NCBI GenBank assembly: GCA_964016885.1
Contig: OZ024740.1
Span: 315,146,001-315,210,000, forward strand
Source of the DNA: Eledone cirrhosa
Taxonomy: Eukaryota
DNA: 64,000 bases
Reading direction: 5' to 3'
Of the stretch, positions 42,870 through 57,244 are shown piece after piece. The notes under the pieces are model-generated. The model was not told where the DNA came from. It saw only the letters and a list, made by a program, of their open reading frames with translations, and searched no databases. Made by a program: the position numbers and the translations under genes. Numbering within the stretch: the first letter of the stretch is position 1; each line of letters opens with the position of its first letter.

Positions 42870-43110
42870 ATTTCACCCTCGCTTGTCTTCTTTTGTATAA
42901 TTTTTATGACATCTTTTTACATTCACATACTGGATTATTATTGATAAGTTCGTTTACTTAACTGCATACCTAACACTTACAATCTGATTAGCTTTTGTCA
43001 ATTGTTTTAACAAGGTGTGTTTTAATCGCTTGTTCTTGTGCTGTCGCCATTAGAGTTACTCTCCCTGATTTAGTCCTTAATCTATTTTCCCATTTTCGTA
43101 CTCCATCTAT
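42870..43110 (-). pseudogene. Decayed R4/Dong-like retrotransposon fragment
   Basis: Reverse strand reads MATAQEQAIKTH..VKTIDK..DCKC*VC..CKKMS*KLYKRRQ, the AQEQ / zinc-knuckle / YKRRHD region, with stops and frameshifts. Confidence 0.55.
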
Positions 43111-43347
43111 CTATACTCCTCTCTAGTACTCCATCTATCTTATCCCCTTCTTTATTCCTTCATCTATTTTTTCCTCTTTAGTACTCCATCTAATAGTTAA
43201 GTTTGTTGTTCCTTTCCTGGTATATAATTTCCTTGTCTGCAAAAACTGGCCACGTAATTCAGTTTTTCTTTTCAGTATTTTCATCCTCATCTCTTTAACT
43301 TTTGTTTATATTCCTTGGCTATTTATATTTTCATTGATCTTGCTAGC

Positions 43348-43388
<41 letters not shown>

Positions 43389-43389
43389 A

Positions 43390-43459
<70 letters not shown>

Positions 43460-43463
43460 TACA

Positions 43464-43512
<49 letters not shown>

Positions 43513-43513
43513 G

Positions 43514-43558
<45 letters not shown>

Positions 43559-45147
43559 TTCTGTCTATTTTCCTATCACACCCATTTTATAATTCATTTA
43601 TATGGGGTTTGTTATTTCGGGCAACGTTTTTCCTCTTCCTTTCTTGGTACATGCAGACTATCATTTCTGTTTCGTAGGTGTAGCCCATTGTGCATTGTTA
43701 ACAGCCATCTGCTGCACCTATACATTTCAACAACTTTCGCCCAAAAACAACGTTTTTCGCCCAATGAAGGAAGTCGGAAGAGTTTCTCAGTATTGGCACT
43801 GCCCACGCTTTAACTCTTTTAATAAAGGTTATTCTAATAAATTCTATTTATAGAACATTTAGTTTTTATTTCCGCCTGTTTCAACTTAAGATACTATAAT
43901 CCATAAAATGATTCGTAACTTTCACATTTATTCAATGATTTTATTACTTTGTTGCCTTGGAAGATGTATCTTCATGACATTATCTTTTCTTTAAAATGAG
44001 TTCAAATCCCGCCGAGGTTGACTTTGCCTTTCATCCTTACGGGGTTGATAAAATAAAGTACCAGTAATGCACTGAGTAATTGCTGGCCTTGTGCCTAAAG
44101 TAGAAACAATTATCTTTTCTTTAAAATAAATAGGGAGCAGGCGGCGAATTGACAGAGTCGTTAGAACGTTGAGTAGAATGCTTTGCTCTTTGATTTGAAA
44201 TCCCGCCGAGGTCAACTTTGCCTTTCAACCTATCGAAGTCGATAAAAAAACCACGAGTTCTGGTGTCGATATATATTTCTTTCTCACTTCCTCTCTCTTC
44301 CTCTCTTGAAGAAATCGTTATGTCCAGATCTGGAGAGAATAAGGTCTCAGCCAGATTTAAAATACCCAACGTGTATATCATGATGATGCCCTACGATTCT
44401 ATCAGGAATTACGAATCCGTCCGTCCGTCCATCCCCCAGTTCGTCTGTCCATATATTCATAAAATAACAAGCGTAGCACACTTAATAATAATGAGTTCTC
44501 ATTTAGGCACAAGGCCAACAGTTTTGGGGAAGGAAAAGATCGATTAAATCGCCCCCAGTGCAATACTGGTACTTTATTTTATCGACCTTGTAAGGATGAA
44601 AGACAAAGCTAACCTCGGCAGGATTGAACTCCGATCGTAAAGGGCCGTAACTCTATGCTATAAAGCATGTTATCCGACGCCCCACCGATACTGTCAATCC
44701 ACCGCCCTTGAACACTTAATAATATTATACTGTATTTCAATACCTCGTGCTGTAGTAAAAAATCTAGTTTCTTACAACTTTTCGAAAAAGAGTGCAACTT
44801 ATTTTCGCTACTTATCCTAATCCATATTTCCTTTATAATGTCTTATAGATATTGCTTTTGAGATCTTGTATAAAATTTGGGAAACCTCACTCATGTCTGT
44901 TTGTTAGTTCTTTAAACTCACAGTTTCTTTCAAACTTCTTTTCGTTTCGATTTTGCTACATATCCAACTCCCTAATATGGTAGAGTTAGTTATGTTCAGC
45001 TTGACAGTATAACGAACTGACACTAGTCCCATGCGTTGTCTTCTTGTATAAAATGTATCGGAGAAAGTCACATAACTTATGACCTACTTGAAATTATGTA
45101 ACCCTAAACAGAATTCAAGCAGCCTAGGCGCGAAACTGATACATACA

Positions 45148-45695
45148 TAGTGGCTGCCAACTCGTTTTCGAGTACGACCACTACTTTATATTCATGTAGG
45201 AGAACCCCTACCGATGCGCTGAACGAGTGTGACGTTTTAGTCCAGCCTGCGACATGAAAACTCTGGTACAAACACTACACTTGTGACAATTATTGACAGT
45301 GCTGGGCCAATGGCACCATGTGACGACAAGTGCAGAGAGATCTCCAGATATAAAGCAATGCCTGTGCCGTGAAGCTTTTATAGTGAGCAAAGGCACTGCA
45401 CAAAGCCAATCCCACTCTCTTAACCAAGATGATATTTACCAAAAAGAAGAACAAGTCAACATCATTGGATACCATCAGGGTTGCAGGTGTTATATCAGAG
45501 TTTTCCTTCTCCTAGAATTCTGCCTTGACAAAGGCTAAGGGGTCATCTCTCCCAGTGATTTTGGATGACCATTGACTCTTAAGAGCTCCTTTGCCCTTTG
45601 ACAGGTTTTGTTTTTAGTCCTGCAGGATGTCCAAAGTCACCCTCCTCGCCAAGAAACCTTGGTGGGGTTGCCAGTTTAGTTGCCAACGACCCGGC
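45148..45695 (-). mobile_element. RTE-derived short element, subfamily 1
   Basis: Homologous to 60393-60962; ORF track shows HKCSVCTRVFMSQAGLKRHTRSAH. Confidence 0.8.
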
Positions 45696-45880
45696 GTGAC
45701 ACAGATTGTGACAAGGATGGCCCTTCGAATTACAGGCAAAACTCATTTTTGCCAGCTGAGTGGACTGGAGCAATGTGAAATAAAGTGTCTTGCTCAAGGA
45801 CACAACGCACCGCCGGGAATCGAACTAAGGAACTTACGATTGTGAGCTGGATATCCTAACCACTAAAGCCACGCGCCTTC
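45695..45880 (-). mobile_element. tRNA-derived CORE-type SINE
   Basis: Reverse strand: aggcgcgtggctttagtggttagg (A box), agttcgattccc (B box), tccttgagcaagacactttatttcac; relatives at 37240-37350, 51170-51320, 62846, 63133. Confidence 0.75.
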
Positions 45881-46232
45881 TCACACATACATACATGCAT
45901 ACATACATACATACATACATACATACATACATACATACATGCATACATGCATACATGCATACATACATACATACATACATACATACATACATACATACAT
46001 ACATACATACATACATAGACACACACGCATACATACATACTTACATACATACGTACGTACGTACATACATGAAATTATAAAAACCAGAAGAACATACATA
46101 CATACATACGCACGCACGCCCGCATGCATACATACATACATACATACATACATACATACATACATACATACACACACACATACATACACACATACATACA
46201 TACATACATACATACATACATACATACATACA

Positions 46233-46263
<31 letters not shown>

Positions 46264-46875
46264 GATTTTATATATTAAGATAGTTGATATCAGTGACATC
46301 ATGAACTTGTATCTTTTCCAAGAAGATATTAACTATTCTCACTGCTATATAAGATCTCCCATTTGTATTCCACATTATGATGGTAATCTATTTCTGTAAC
46401 TCCTCATTATTCCTTCGTGTTTCTTAATCCATTTATATTCTTTTAATAATATCGCTAAGCCTTCTATAACTTGTAATCTTTATTGATTTATAGTGATCTC
46501 TTTCGAGCGCTTATTACCATTAGTCTTCGTCTGTCTGGTGGCTAAGGTGAATGAAATTGTATGATGGACGCGACTGAGAAGTTTGAATGTAGAGATTTTC
46601 CTCTCAGACAAGCCCTCATTAACTTCTTCAAGTATTAGTTGATTAAGAAGGTGAAGGTGAAGGTAAAGCTAGAAGTGCTGCCCTCCAATACGTTTTATGA
46701 GAGGTGAGTAAGAGAGGTTAAATTGACTATCTATCTATATGACTTTAGCCTAGCGTCAAGGACACGGTGAATGCTTTTACCTTTGATATATCCAGATGTT
46801 CCTAAGTTGTGCGTGTGTACTGTGCATACATATTCATATACAAATACATACAGAGTCACCTATGTACACAGACAG

Positions 46876-46972
<97 letters not shown>

Positions 46973-47297
46973 CACACATGTGTGTGTTTACGCGTATGTT
47001 TGTTGCATTTGTTGCATATAAATATATTAATACATTAACGGTAACGAAATCGGCCTTAAGTCTTCTATTGATAATATAAAAGGGAACGGTTATTGTATTG
47101 TTAAGGTTATTAACATTGGTGATTGATCTTATACTTTGCCGACTTTATACATGAGAACTGGAAATAGGAAGAAATTTGTAATATTGAATGAGGAAATGAA
47201 AAATAATGCCGAGATAAAAAATTCATATTAATGCATCTATACATATACGTATGCACGAATGTTTATGCACACGCATATATATATATATGTGTGTGTG

Positions 47298-47341
<44 letters not shown>

Positions 47342-47581
47342 AGGACGCTGAATTAATATCAGCGATCTTCGTTGGAAAGTATCGGTGGAGGGTCGGACGC
47401 CATGCTTTCCAGCATAGTTACGTCCCTTTACGATCTGGGTTCAAATCCCGCCGAGGTTGACTTTGCCTTTCATCCTTACGGGGTCGATAAAATAAAGTAC
47501 CAGTAATGCACTGGGTAATTGCTGGCCTTGTGCTTAAAGTAGAAACAATTATTATTTTATATATATTTATATATATATGTG

Positions 47582-47644
<63 letters not shown>

Positions 47645-48294
47645 ATATATATATATATCGAAAGAGATAGAGAAAGAAAGAGGGAGGTCTACACACACAC
47701 ACATATATATACACACACACGCGCGCGCGCACACACACATACACACACACACACATATACACACGCGCGCGCACCCACGCATACACACACATACACATAC
47801 ACACACACACACACATACACACATACACACACACGCGCGCACACACATGCATGTTCATTTTTCCATTGTATTTCCTAGTTTGTCAAATTTCTGTTCTTCT
47901 CTCTCTCTACAACATCAAACTCAAAACAATCATACCGCATTACCTTTAGTTTCGACTTTCTTTTTTGTCTATACACCCCTAGCCGCCCCTTTTATTAAAC
48001 TTTCGAATTAATAACTCCCACCTGTCTGCTCTTTGAAGTACCATTCTAATAAAACCCGATATGTCTCGAGCCGACGAAGGAGGGTCTACGCAGTTGCTCA
48101 AAATTATATATATATATATATGCAAATTCCAGCCGCTTTTGATACCACTTTCAACCCACTGCGCTTAACAATCTCGTACATGGAGATTATGAACAGTAGA
48201 AGTGACAATACCCACCCTTAGCAGAGAATGACACCCACATCGTCTTAGTACCATTTATTTGAACATAAATAATAGGGCATTTGTTTGGGACTTG

Positions 48295-48610
48295 AAGGCA
48301 ACATGAAGCTGATCCAATTAACTATGGCCATGAATCTTGGGTGATGTGTAAAAGCATGCGATGGCGAATACAAATGGTCTAAAAGGAGATTCTCCAAAGG
48401 GTCTTTGGAGTAATGTTACTCAATAAGTTGCGTAGCTCGGAGATCAGGGAGTCTCTCCAAATAAAGCCGCTCCTTCTCCAAATCGATCAGTCACCGCACC
48501 AGTATTACGGACATGCGATTAGAATGTCAAAGCAAAGAATTGGTGGATGGATTTTAATGGCAAAGCCAAATAGTAGGAGAACAAGATGTAGAGCATAAGC
48601 AAGATGGTTG
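48295..48610 (+). mobile_element. RTE (Rex3-like) LINE fragment
   Basis: YGHESWV...KLRSSEIRESLQIKPLLLQIDQSPHQYYGHAIRMSKQRI. Confidence 0.7.
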
Positions 48611-48625
48611 TGTATGTGTATATAT

Positions 48626-48777
<152 letters not shown>

Positions 48778-48880
48778 ATACATATTTGGTGAGATATGGT
48801 CTACCTGGTTTTCATCACACCCTATCTGATATATATATATTTTCTTGATGAGACTTTCCAAGTATTTACCCATGTTTTAT

Positions 48881-48958
48881 ATTGCTTCGTCTGACGAACG
48901 AATGAAGACGTTTCTTTCGTATTCGCCTCATTCGGGAAACCTCTGGTAATGAGGTAAT
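48881..48958 (+). ncRNA. Type I hammerhead ribozyme (family C relative)
   Basis: ATTGCTTCGT CTGACGA aCGAATGA..TCATTCGg GAAA CC-tct-GG TA ATGAGGTAAT; 10-bp stem I with G-U pairs; GUA triplet. Confidence 0.8.
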
Positions 48959-49587
48959 TATATTGTATTGATTTTTATACATTAAATTTTGCTCTGATAC
49001 TTACATAGAGCACTCTTCACTTCTATGACCTTTTCTGTTTTCAACGGAAATTTCAATACATATATATATATATATATATATGATAAATTCTCTCGCTGAG
49101 AACAACGTATGAACTTTCGGTAACAAAATTAAACGTTGTTGCTGAAAAACTTGCACGAAGTCCCTTTAAGGCCATAAGCACTGAAATGATTAACGTGTCC
49201 TTCTATATATAAAGCCTGCAATATATATATAACCATATGCTTATTTTGCTTAATGGTTATCCAGTCTTGGACACATGATATGGAACGTGGTGAGGCAACA
49301 CCCAAACAGACCAATGCTGATTTCCTTTAGCACAGCCCACATCATATGTAAATTTTTCCTTAGCCTACTCCTAAGTGGTTCGCAGACATTAACAAGAAAT
49401 ACACAAAGTAACATATTTAATTGTAATATGACGCAACGAACCACCTCATGCCATGGCTGAGATTTTTAACAGGCTAGGGCGTAGATCACAACTTATGATG
49501 TCTATTTCTGAACATTTTCCAAAATAATACTCACCTACCATTATACATACATATATATATATACGTATACACACACATATATACATA

Positions 49588-49651
<64 letters not shown>

Positions 49652-50338
49652 TGTATATGTATATATATATAAATATATAAATATACATATACATAGGACA
49701 CTGAATTTATACTACCGACCTTCGTTACTTTTATTATACCCCCCCCCCCCCACACACACACATATATACACATATATATATATATAATCTAGTCACAAGC
49801 ACATTAGCATCATATATACATATTAATATAGATAGTTATAAAAAATATACTATTTATGTACGTGTGAATATGAGTGTATGTATCACACGTATTTGTATGT
49901 ATATAAAGATATCAGGAGATGAATATAAACGAAAGATTATACCAGATAAATATAATTTAACGTTATAGACGGGGGAGGGGAGAAAGGGGGAAAAACAAAT
50001 ACAAAATTCTAAAAATAAAGAAGCAAGTAAATATACATAGCTATATCTATGTACTTATGTACATAGATATATATATATATGTATTTTATACATACAACAA
50101 ATAGATATATATGTATTTTATACATACAACAAATATATATATATAATATATAAATATATATATATATATAGATAGATAGATAAATATACACGGGTGTGTA
50201 TCATTGTGTATGGAAGATTATATCAATAAAAAGAATTCCAATTTTGTCTGATTTACTCGTTTTATTTACAATCCTTTAACATTTATAATGGTATTAGAAT
50301 GAAATAGTATGGTAGAATATTAAATGTTAAGTGTTAAT

Positions 50339-50377
50339 TGAACAAGTACTTTCATGCTTTCGCAATCTTCAGGTTCA
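50339..50377 (-). ncRNA. Minimal type I hammerhead (family G, mirror copy)
   Basis: Reverse complement of 50449-50487. Confidence 0.75.
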
Positions 50378-50448
50378 TAATGTGTAGTGACAGTCAAATT
50401 TACAATTTTCAAGTTGAAAATTGCAAACTTGACTGTCACCACACATTA

Positions 50449-50487
50449 TGAACCTGAAGATTGCGAAAGCATGAAAGTACTTGTTCA
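50449..50487 (+). ncRNA. Minimal type I hammerhead (family G)
   Basis: TGAAC CTGAAGA tTGC-GAAA-GCAt GAAA GTAC TT GTTCA; palindrome AAGTACTT. Confidence 0.75.
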
Positions 50488-50599
50488 ATTAACACTTAAC
50501 ATTTAATATTCTACCATACTATTTCATTCTAATACCATTATAAATGTTAAAGGATTGTAAATAAAACGAGTAAATCAGACAAAGTTGGAATTCCTTTTA

Positions 50600-50653
<54 letters not shown>

Positions 50654-50832
50654 CGTTGACCCTGTGATAAACAGGCGAAACTCCAGGGTAACAAGACTCA
50701 CTATTTAGCCTTATAAAATTAATATATATTTAAGATTTGAATTATTAAAGAACATCAACTAACCGTGAACTGTAAAGTCACTATTTTTTTAAATTTATCT
50801 TATTGTCCCAAGGAATTCTCTTCATTTTCTAC

Positions 50833-50929
<97 letters not shown>

Positions 50930-50931
<2 letters not shown>

Positions 50932-51150
50932 TCATCATCATCATCATTTTACGTCCGCTTTTCCCTGCTTCCAAGGGTGGGACGGGAACTGATTCTGGCT
51001 TGATTTCTACAGCTGGATGCCCTTCCTAATACCAACCTCATTTACAGTGAGTGGTGGGTGCTTTTTTTTCCGTGGCACCTCCACGTCCACTTTCAAGTGT
51101 GGGCTGGGTGCTTTTTTGCCGTGGCACCTCCACGACCACTTTTCAGTGGA
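50930..51150 (-). mobile_element. SINE/LINE-tail family copy ending in (GAT)n
   Basis: Reverse strand ggttggtattaggaagggcatccagctgtagaaa...ggacgtaaaatgatgatg. Confidence 0.55.
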
Positions 51151-51325
51151 ATGATAGGGACCCCCAGTCCCTATCATCTCATTTCTACAGCTGAGTAAAC
51201 TGGAGCAATGTGAAATAAAGTGTCTTGCACAAGGAAACAACACATCACCCCGTCTGAGAATTTAACGCACAACCTTTCGATTGCAAGGTCAATGCTCTAA
51301 CCACTAAGCCATGTGCCTCCATATA

Positions 51326-51393
<68 letters not shown>

Positions 51394-51572
51394 TCCCCCA
51401 AAGCCATATAATTCCAGTTCCTCGGAGGACTAACAACACACCCAGCAGCTGGACATATCGATGTATTGACAGAGTGAAACACACTTCAACAACATGTGTA
51501 CCTATCTTTTCCACACTAATTCGGTCTGCCTGAAGAGGACACAGCCAATAATAGCTGTCACCGAAATATATA

Positions 51573-51969
51573 TACACGAGGGTAATCTCAAAAGTAAGGT
51601 CTCCAAAGCGATGGGGACGCAGAGAAACTGTTCGTACGGCTGTTGGCAACACTGTTGTGATCGGTGCTTCCTTCACTCCCAAACAAGCATGCGCGCGCTT
51701 CGCTGGAATGCTCAATCTTGGCTTGGCAGCCGTTGAGAATGGAGCTCCCGTTGAACGCTACCGCCAAGTGCGAATTTCGAGCAGTTATTATATAGAGGGC
51801 AATCCCAAAAGTAAGGTCTCCTTCCGAGGAAACCATGTGTAAAGATCGGCGGATCACTCTGGATGCTCTCTGCATTTTGGTTCCTGAGGTTTCCCGAAGT
51901 ACCATCCACAGGGTTTTAACGGAAAAGTTGCAATATCGGAAGGAGACCTTACTTTTGGGATTGCCCTCG

Positions 51970-51971
<2 letters not shown>
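51573..51971 (+). mobile_element. Deleted mariner transposon with a duplicated left TIR
   Basis: TIR cgagggtaatctcaaaagtaaggtctcc, again at ~51793, inverted at 51941-51970; HTH remnant DRRITLDALCILVPEVSRSTIHRVLTEKLQYRK. Confidence 0.8.
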
Positions 51972-52000
<29 letters not shown>

Positions 52001-52124
52001 TATTTCAAGCGTTAACCTAATATATTCCTTCCATATACTGTACCGATTGTGTTGTTATTGCTGTTTACCTTTTACACACACACACACACACACACATATA
52101 CATACATATATATATATATATATG

Positions 52125-52224
<100 letters not shown>

Positions 52225-52682
52225 TGTATGTGTGTATACATGCTACAAATTCCTTACAGAATTCTAATCTCCCGGTTTCGTTACCCTAGACCAGCTCAAC
52301 CAATATGGTGAAGTTTCATGAAACGGGACCGTTTTTCTTTCTGTTTCTTTTTACTCTTTCTTTTATTTATTTATTCGTTTCTCATTCCTTTTTCTCTTGG
52401 AGTTGTGAGAAAGTTATGCCTCCAGATCCCATATCTATTTAGAGTCGCCATCCTCTGCAGATATATTTGGGAGCTAAATTGATGGGATTCTTTACACGAA
52501 ACCACGATGTATATGAGTGTGTTTGTGTATGTGTGGGTGTGTATTTGTGTGTGTGTGTATGTGTGTGTGTGTATTTTCCATTTTTTTAAGAACAGCTTTC
52601 CTTGGATTAAGTGTTGTCAGATTAGATTACTGCTTCAAACGAAAAGAATTAAGAATTTAAATATATATCAGAAGAAAAGGAA

Positions 52683-52736
<54 letters not shown>

Positions 52737-53158
52737 ACACACACATATTTATATATATATATATATATTTCTTCTGATAATGGTGGTGGTGGTTGTGGTG
52801 GTGGTGGTTGTGGTGGCGGTGGTGGTGGCGGTGGTGGTGCTGGTGGTGAGGGAGGTGGTGATGGCGTGGTGGTGGTGGTGGTGGTGGTGGTGATGGTTGT
52901 AGTGATGGGGGCGGGTGACGATGATGAGATTGAGGGGGGATAATGTAAAATAGGAAAGAGAAAAAGAAGAGAAATATAGAGAAAAGTGCAAGGAGGAGTA
53001 GAGAAAGACTAAGGAAGGAATAGTTTAATAAAGAGAAATATATCATGAACAGTTCTGATTTTTAATTACTTTCTAGCTTAGTTTTGGTATTTAAGTATGA
53101 GCAGATAGATTATCCCTCCGATATTAAGACACACACACATACACTAACACACACTCAC

Positions 53159-53194
<36 letters not shown>

Positions 53195-53204
53195 TAACAC
53201 ACAC

Positions 53205-53286
<82 letters not shown>

Positions 53287-53609
53287 TAACACACACTCAC
53301 TAACACACACACATACACACACACACACACACATACACTAACACACACTCACTAACACACACACATACACACACACACACACATATATATATAGTGGGCG
53401 AGAGAAAAAGAGAAAGGGAGAGAGAGAGAGAGACAGCTATATATTTATATATATATAGTTATATAGTTCCGTATTTTATGTATGTGAGCATATGTATGAA
53501 TGAACCGCGCCTATTGTAATGTATTAGAATTTATGTCGGTTTTGCCGCGTTTACCAAGTGTGATGTCTTGCTAACCACCCATTTAAAGTTTACTTTTCTG
53601 TATAGTTAT

Positions 53610-54440
53610 AGCTGCACTTATCTACCAAACTGAAGAAGAATGCTCTTCTGACTATCAAATAGGAGGTAAAGTCCTATCAAATCTTAGCTATGCAGACGAT
53701 CTGACCAACATGAGTTACTCTAGAAATGATCTGGAAGACTTTCTGAATGTACTGACCAAACATTCTCTGGAGTCTGGCTTACACATCAACATCTCCAAAA
53801 CAAAATGTATGACAACTGATAAAAACAAGGCCAATCTCCAACCCACAATCTACAACCAGCAAATTGCTCAAGTTACGGAGTTTGTATATCTTAATCACAA
53901 ACTATCATCAAACAACAATGGATTGGTTACTGCGCTGCATCGCATCGCTCTAGGTTGGGCAGCTTTCAACAAGAACAAGGAAGTACTAACATCAAAACGA
54001 GTTTCCTATCATCTGAAGGCTAAGATCTTCGATACTTACATCCTACCAGTTGTGTTATATGGTCTTGACTGTGTTAATTGGACGATAAGGTCACTTCAGA
54101 AGCTCTCAACATTCCAGAACCATATCGTGAGACTTATGACTGGCAAGTGGATCAGCGACCGTATCTATATCAGTGAGCTACTCAACATTATCAAACTTAG
54201 ACCAATTACATCAATTGTCAAGTCAAGAGTACTCAAACTATACGGCTATATAAAAAGATCAACTCGTGGTGTGAGTAGGTCATGCCTGGAAGGAAGGTTG
54301 GCTGGTAAGAGAAGCAGAGGCCGGTAGTCAAAACGATGACTTCATAATGTCAACTTATGGACTGGGCTTGATCTTTGCTCATTAAACTCTGCTGCTGGTG
54401 ATCGAACTTTGTGGAGAAAAATATCTCATGTTGATGCGCA
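53610..54440 (+). pseudogene. RTE-clade LINE reverse transcriptase 3' fragment (5'-truncated)
   Basis: LSYADD at 53683-53700, GLHINISKTK, EFVYL, PVVLYG.DC.NW, LEGRLAGKRSRGR; stop at 54325. Confidence 0.85.
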
Positions 54441-55211
54441 GTCTGCAACTGACGGGGTTTAGCATCAAAGTAGTTGCCAACTCAATATCTCCTTTAACAA
54501 TTGACCCAGAAAACAAAACAAAAGAGTATATCAGACATAAAATTCATCTGGTTGAGAGAGGAATGTGAGAGCAAATACCCACATTTTGTGTCTAACACCC
54601 GTGCTTAATTGTGGTTGTGAAGCATCATATGAGCGGTAGTAGATCTTGGGTGATCGAATATTTCTCAACGGTTGAAGAATGCCAGTTATTATAATTGGTT
54701 TCGTGTTTGCTGTGTCTGTGCGTTAATTTTTACTGTATATTCTGATATTAGAAGAGCCTGTTCGCCATTGTTTTGTAGGGAAATTTATATACAATTTGTA
54801 GTGTTATCAAATAATTGTTTCTACTTTTGGCTCAAGGCCAGCAATTAACCAGTACATTACTGGTACTTTATTTTATCGACCCCCGTAAGGATGAAAGGCA
54901 AAGTTAACCGCGGCGAGATTTGAACTCAGATCATAAAGGGACGTAACTCTATGCTTCAAAGCATGGCGTCTGACCCTCTACCGATACTGCCAATCCCAAA
55001 TAATGTAGTTCTATCTAACCAACATCCTTTATTTCTTATTCTATCTTGATAAAGGACTAGTATCCGAAACGTAAATACGCTTTTCATACTGTATCAAGCG
55101 TTAAACTAATATATTTCTTCATTGTACGGTGTTGTTTGCTTTGTCGTTTCCGATTACTTTCCGATTACATACATACATATATACATACATATATACATAC
55201 ATACATACACT

Positions 55212-56470
55212 TATGCTGTGCCAATTCTAACGCCAACATTTGGCCTACTGAACTGGTCATTGCAAGAACTAAGTGAGATGGATGTTAGAACTCGAAAACT
55301 TCTCAGTGTTACTGGCAACTTTAACATCAATGGTGATGTGGATAGGCTATACTTCTCACGCAAGGAAGGTGGCCGGGGTCTAAAATCAATATTAACAACA
55401 TATGAGACCCGGATAGTAACACTGAAGCAACACCTTCAACAGAGGAAAAAGGTTGGCAACCATCTTGCCCAGGTTTATGAGCATGAAAAAAGAAATATCA
55501 TTAGAATAGCGACTGATCTGGAGGAGAGATATGGAATAAAGCCTGATGTAAATCTCTCACCCAGAGAAATCGGAAGATCCTATTCAATGTTCAAACAAGA
55601 TAAGAAAATTGACCAATTTACAGAAAAAGTTGTGCATGGATACTTGAGGCGTAAAACACAGACCATAGAGGGGATAAACCACTCAAAAAGCCTGGCATGG
55701 AGTTCCGACAAGTTTATGACATCACACCTTGAGGGATATCTCTATGCAATACAGGAACAAGAACTCCCTACCAAATATCTGCTGCACAAAAGAGGAGGGC
55801 CAGCAGCTGACAATAAATGTAGGCTATGTAAAACAAAGATCGAGGATGTAAGCCACATTGTTGCCAGCTGCGAGAGAATGTCATCTCGCTACTACCTCCC
55901 CATGAGACACGATGGGATAGCTAGAACCATCTGGAACGCACTTCGGAAAACAAAATTAACAACAAACGAGGAAGAATATATTGAGACAGATGGCACTAAG
56001 GAATACTGGTGGAACCTGAAAATAAAAACTGCCACCAAATTAAAGCACAACCGGCCTCATATTGTAGTTTGGGACCACACATTGAAAACGTGTTCTGTTG
56101 TGGAGATCAGCTGCCCACTTGATGTAAACGTTGTCAGAAAAATACAGGAGAAGGAGGACATCTACGGACCATTGATGAGGAGTTTACAAATCCAGTATCC
56201 AAGATACACCTTTAGCTTCATACCCATCATTATTGGTGCTACGGGTTATATACCAACCCGCTTGGACCAAAGTATGACTGAACTTGGATTTGCGGACAAA
56301 AAGCGCAGCTCCCTAATTCATAGTCTGCAAATGGCTGCGATAGCTGGCACTTTCAAAATTTGCAAAACATTCTTGCGATTCAAGGGATGACAATTTCTTT
56401 TCTTTTACAACCTTGCCACCAGGAAGGTGGCCGGTCAAAAAAATATACTCGAAATTAAGAGAAAGAGAAA
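55212..56470 (+). mobile_element. 5'-truncated R4/Dong-like RLE non-LTR retrotransposon (RT thumb, CCHC knuckle, RLE)
   Basis: Open frame to 56390: RLYFSRKEGGRGL, AIQEQ, CRLC..EDVSHIVASC, RHD, RPHIVV..EISCP, K..Y..L, IPIIIGATG; flanked by (TACA)n. Confidence 0.9.
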
Positions 56471-56596
56471 ACATACATACATACATACATATGTGCATAC
56501 ATACATATACATACATACATGTACATACATACATATATATATATATATATGTACATACATATATATACGTACATATATATACACACACACACACAG

Positions 56597-56665
<69 letters not shown>

Positions 56666-57244
56666 TATGTATATATATATACCCCTAAGTCATCCTCGAT
56701 TGCGAGTGACAGCCCCAATTATTTGTATGTATGTATGTGTGTGTGTGCGCACACATGTAAGTATGTATATAGCTGTACATGTGTTTATGTATATATACGT
56801 GCTTTTATTCCCAGGTTCTACAGATATTTTGTTTATCTAGCTGAAATAAACGGTGGATATGCCTGTTTGTTGTCGTCGTTATTGTATCAGTATTAGTATC
56901 AGTTGTTGTTGTTGTCGTCGTAGGTATTATTGTGTTTGTTGTTGTTGTTGATGTCGTAGTTATTATTGTGTTTGTTGTTGTAGTTGTTAATGTAATAAAA
57001 GAAAGAAACATATTGAACGAAAGTTTGAAGCCCGGGTGGAAGGATTGGGAGAGAGGATCTGTGAGAGTAGGGAAAGAGTGAGAACTAGGAATCAGTGTTG
57101 TCTGGTTGGGGTTATTTGTTGTTATAATCCCCTATTTCTTTCTCACTGTCAACTTAAAGGGTCTTATGGAAAATGGACGGTAATAATGGCGCGATTTGTA
57201 TGTATGTGTTTGTTTATGTAGATGGGTTGTTATAAGAAACACGT

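Larger units (their letters stand above)
50189..50605. mobile_element. Fold-back hammerhead element, family G
   Basis: ~190-bp inverted arms 50221-50412/50414-50605; ~30-bp left tail. Confidence 0.85.

Noticed and set aside
44800-45120. Possible Penelope RT fossil on the minus strand (LLEFCL..FY..MG); similar weak hints at 14200-14560
   Set aside because: Too degraded to support by eye; needs a frameshift-aware protein search
57020-57060. Twister-like AAGCCCGGG..GGA segment
   Set aside because: The 5' half of the twister fold is absent
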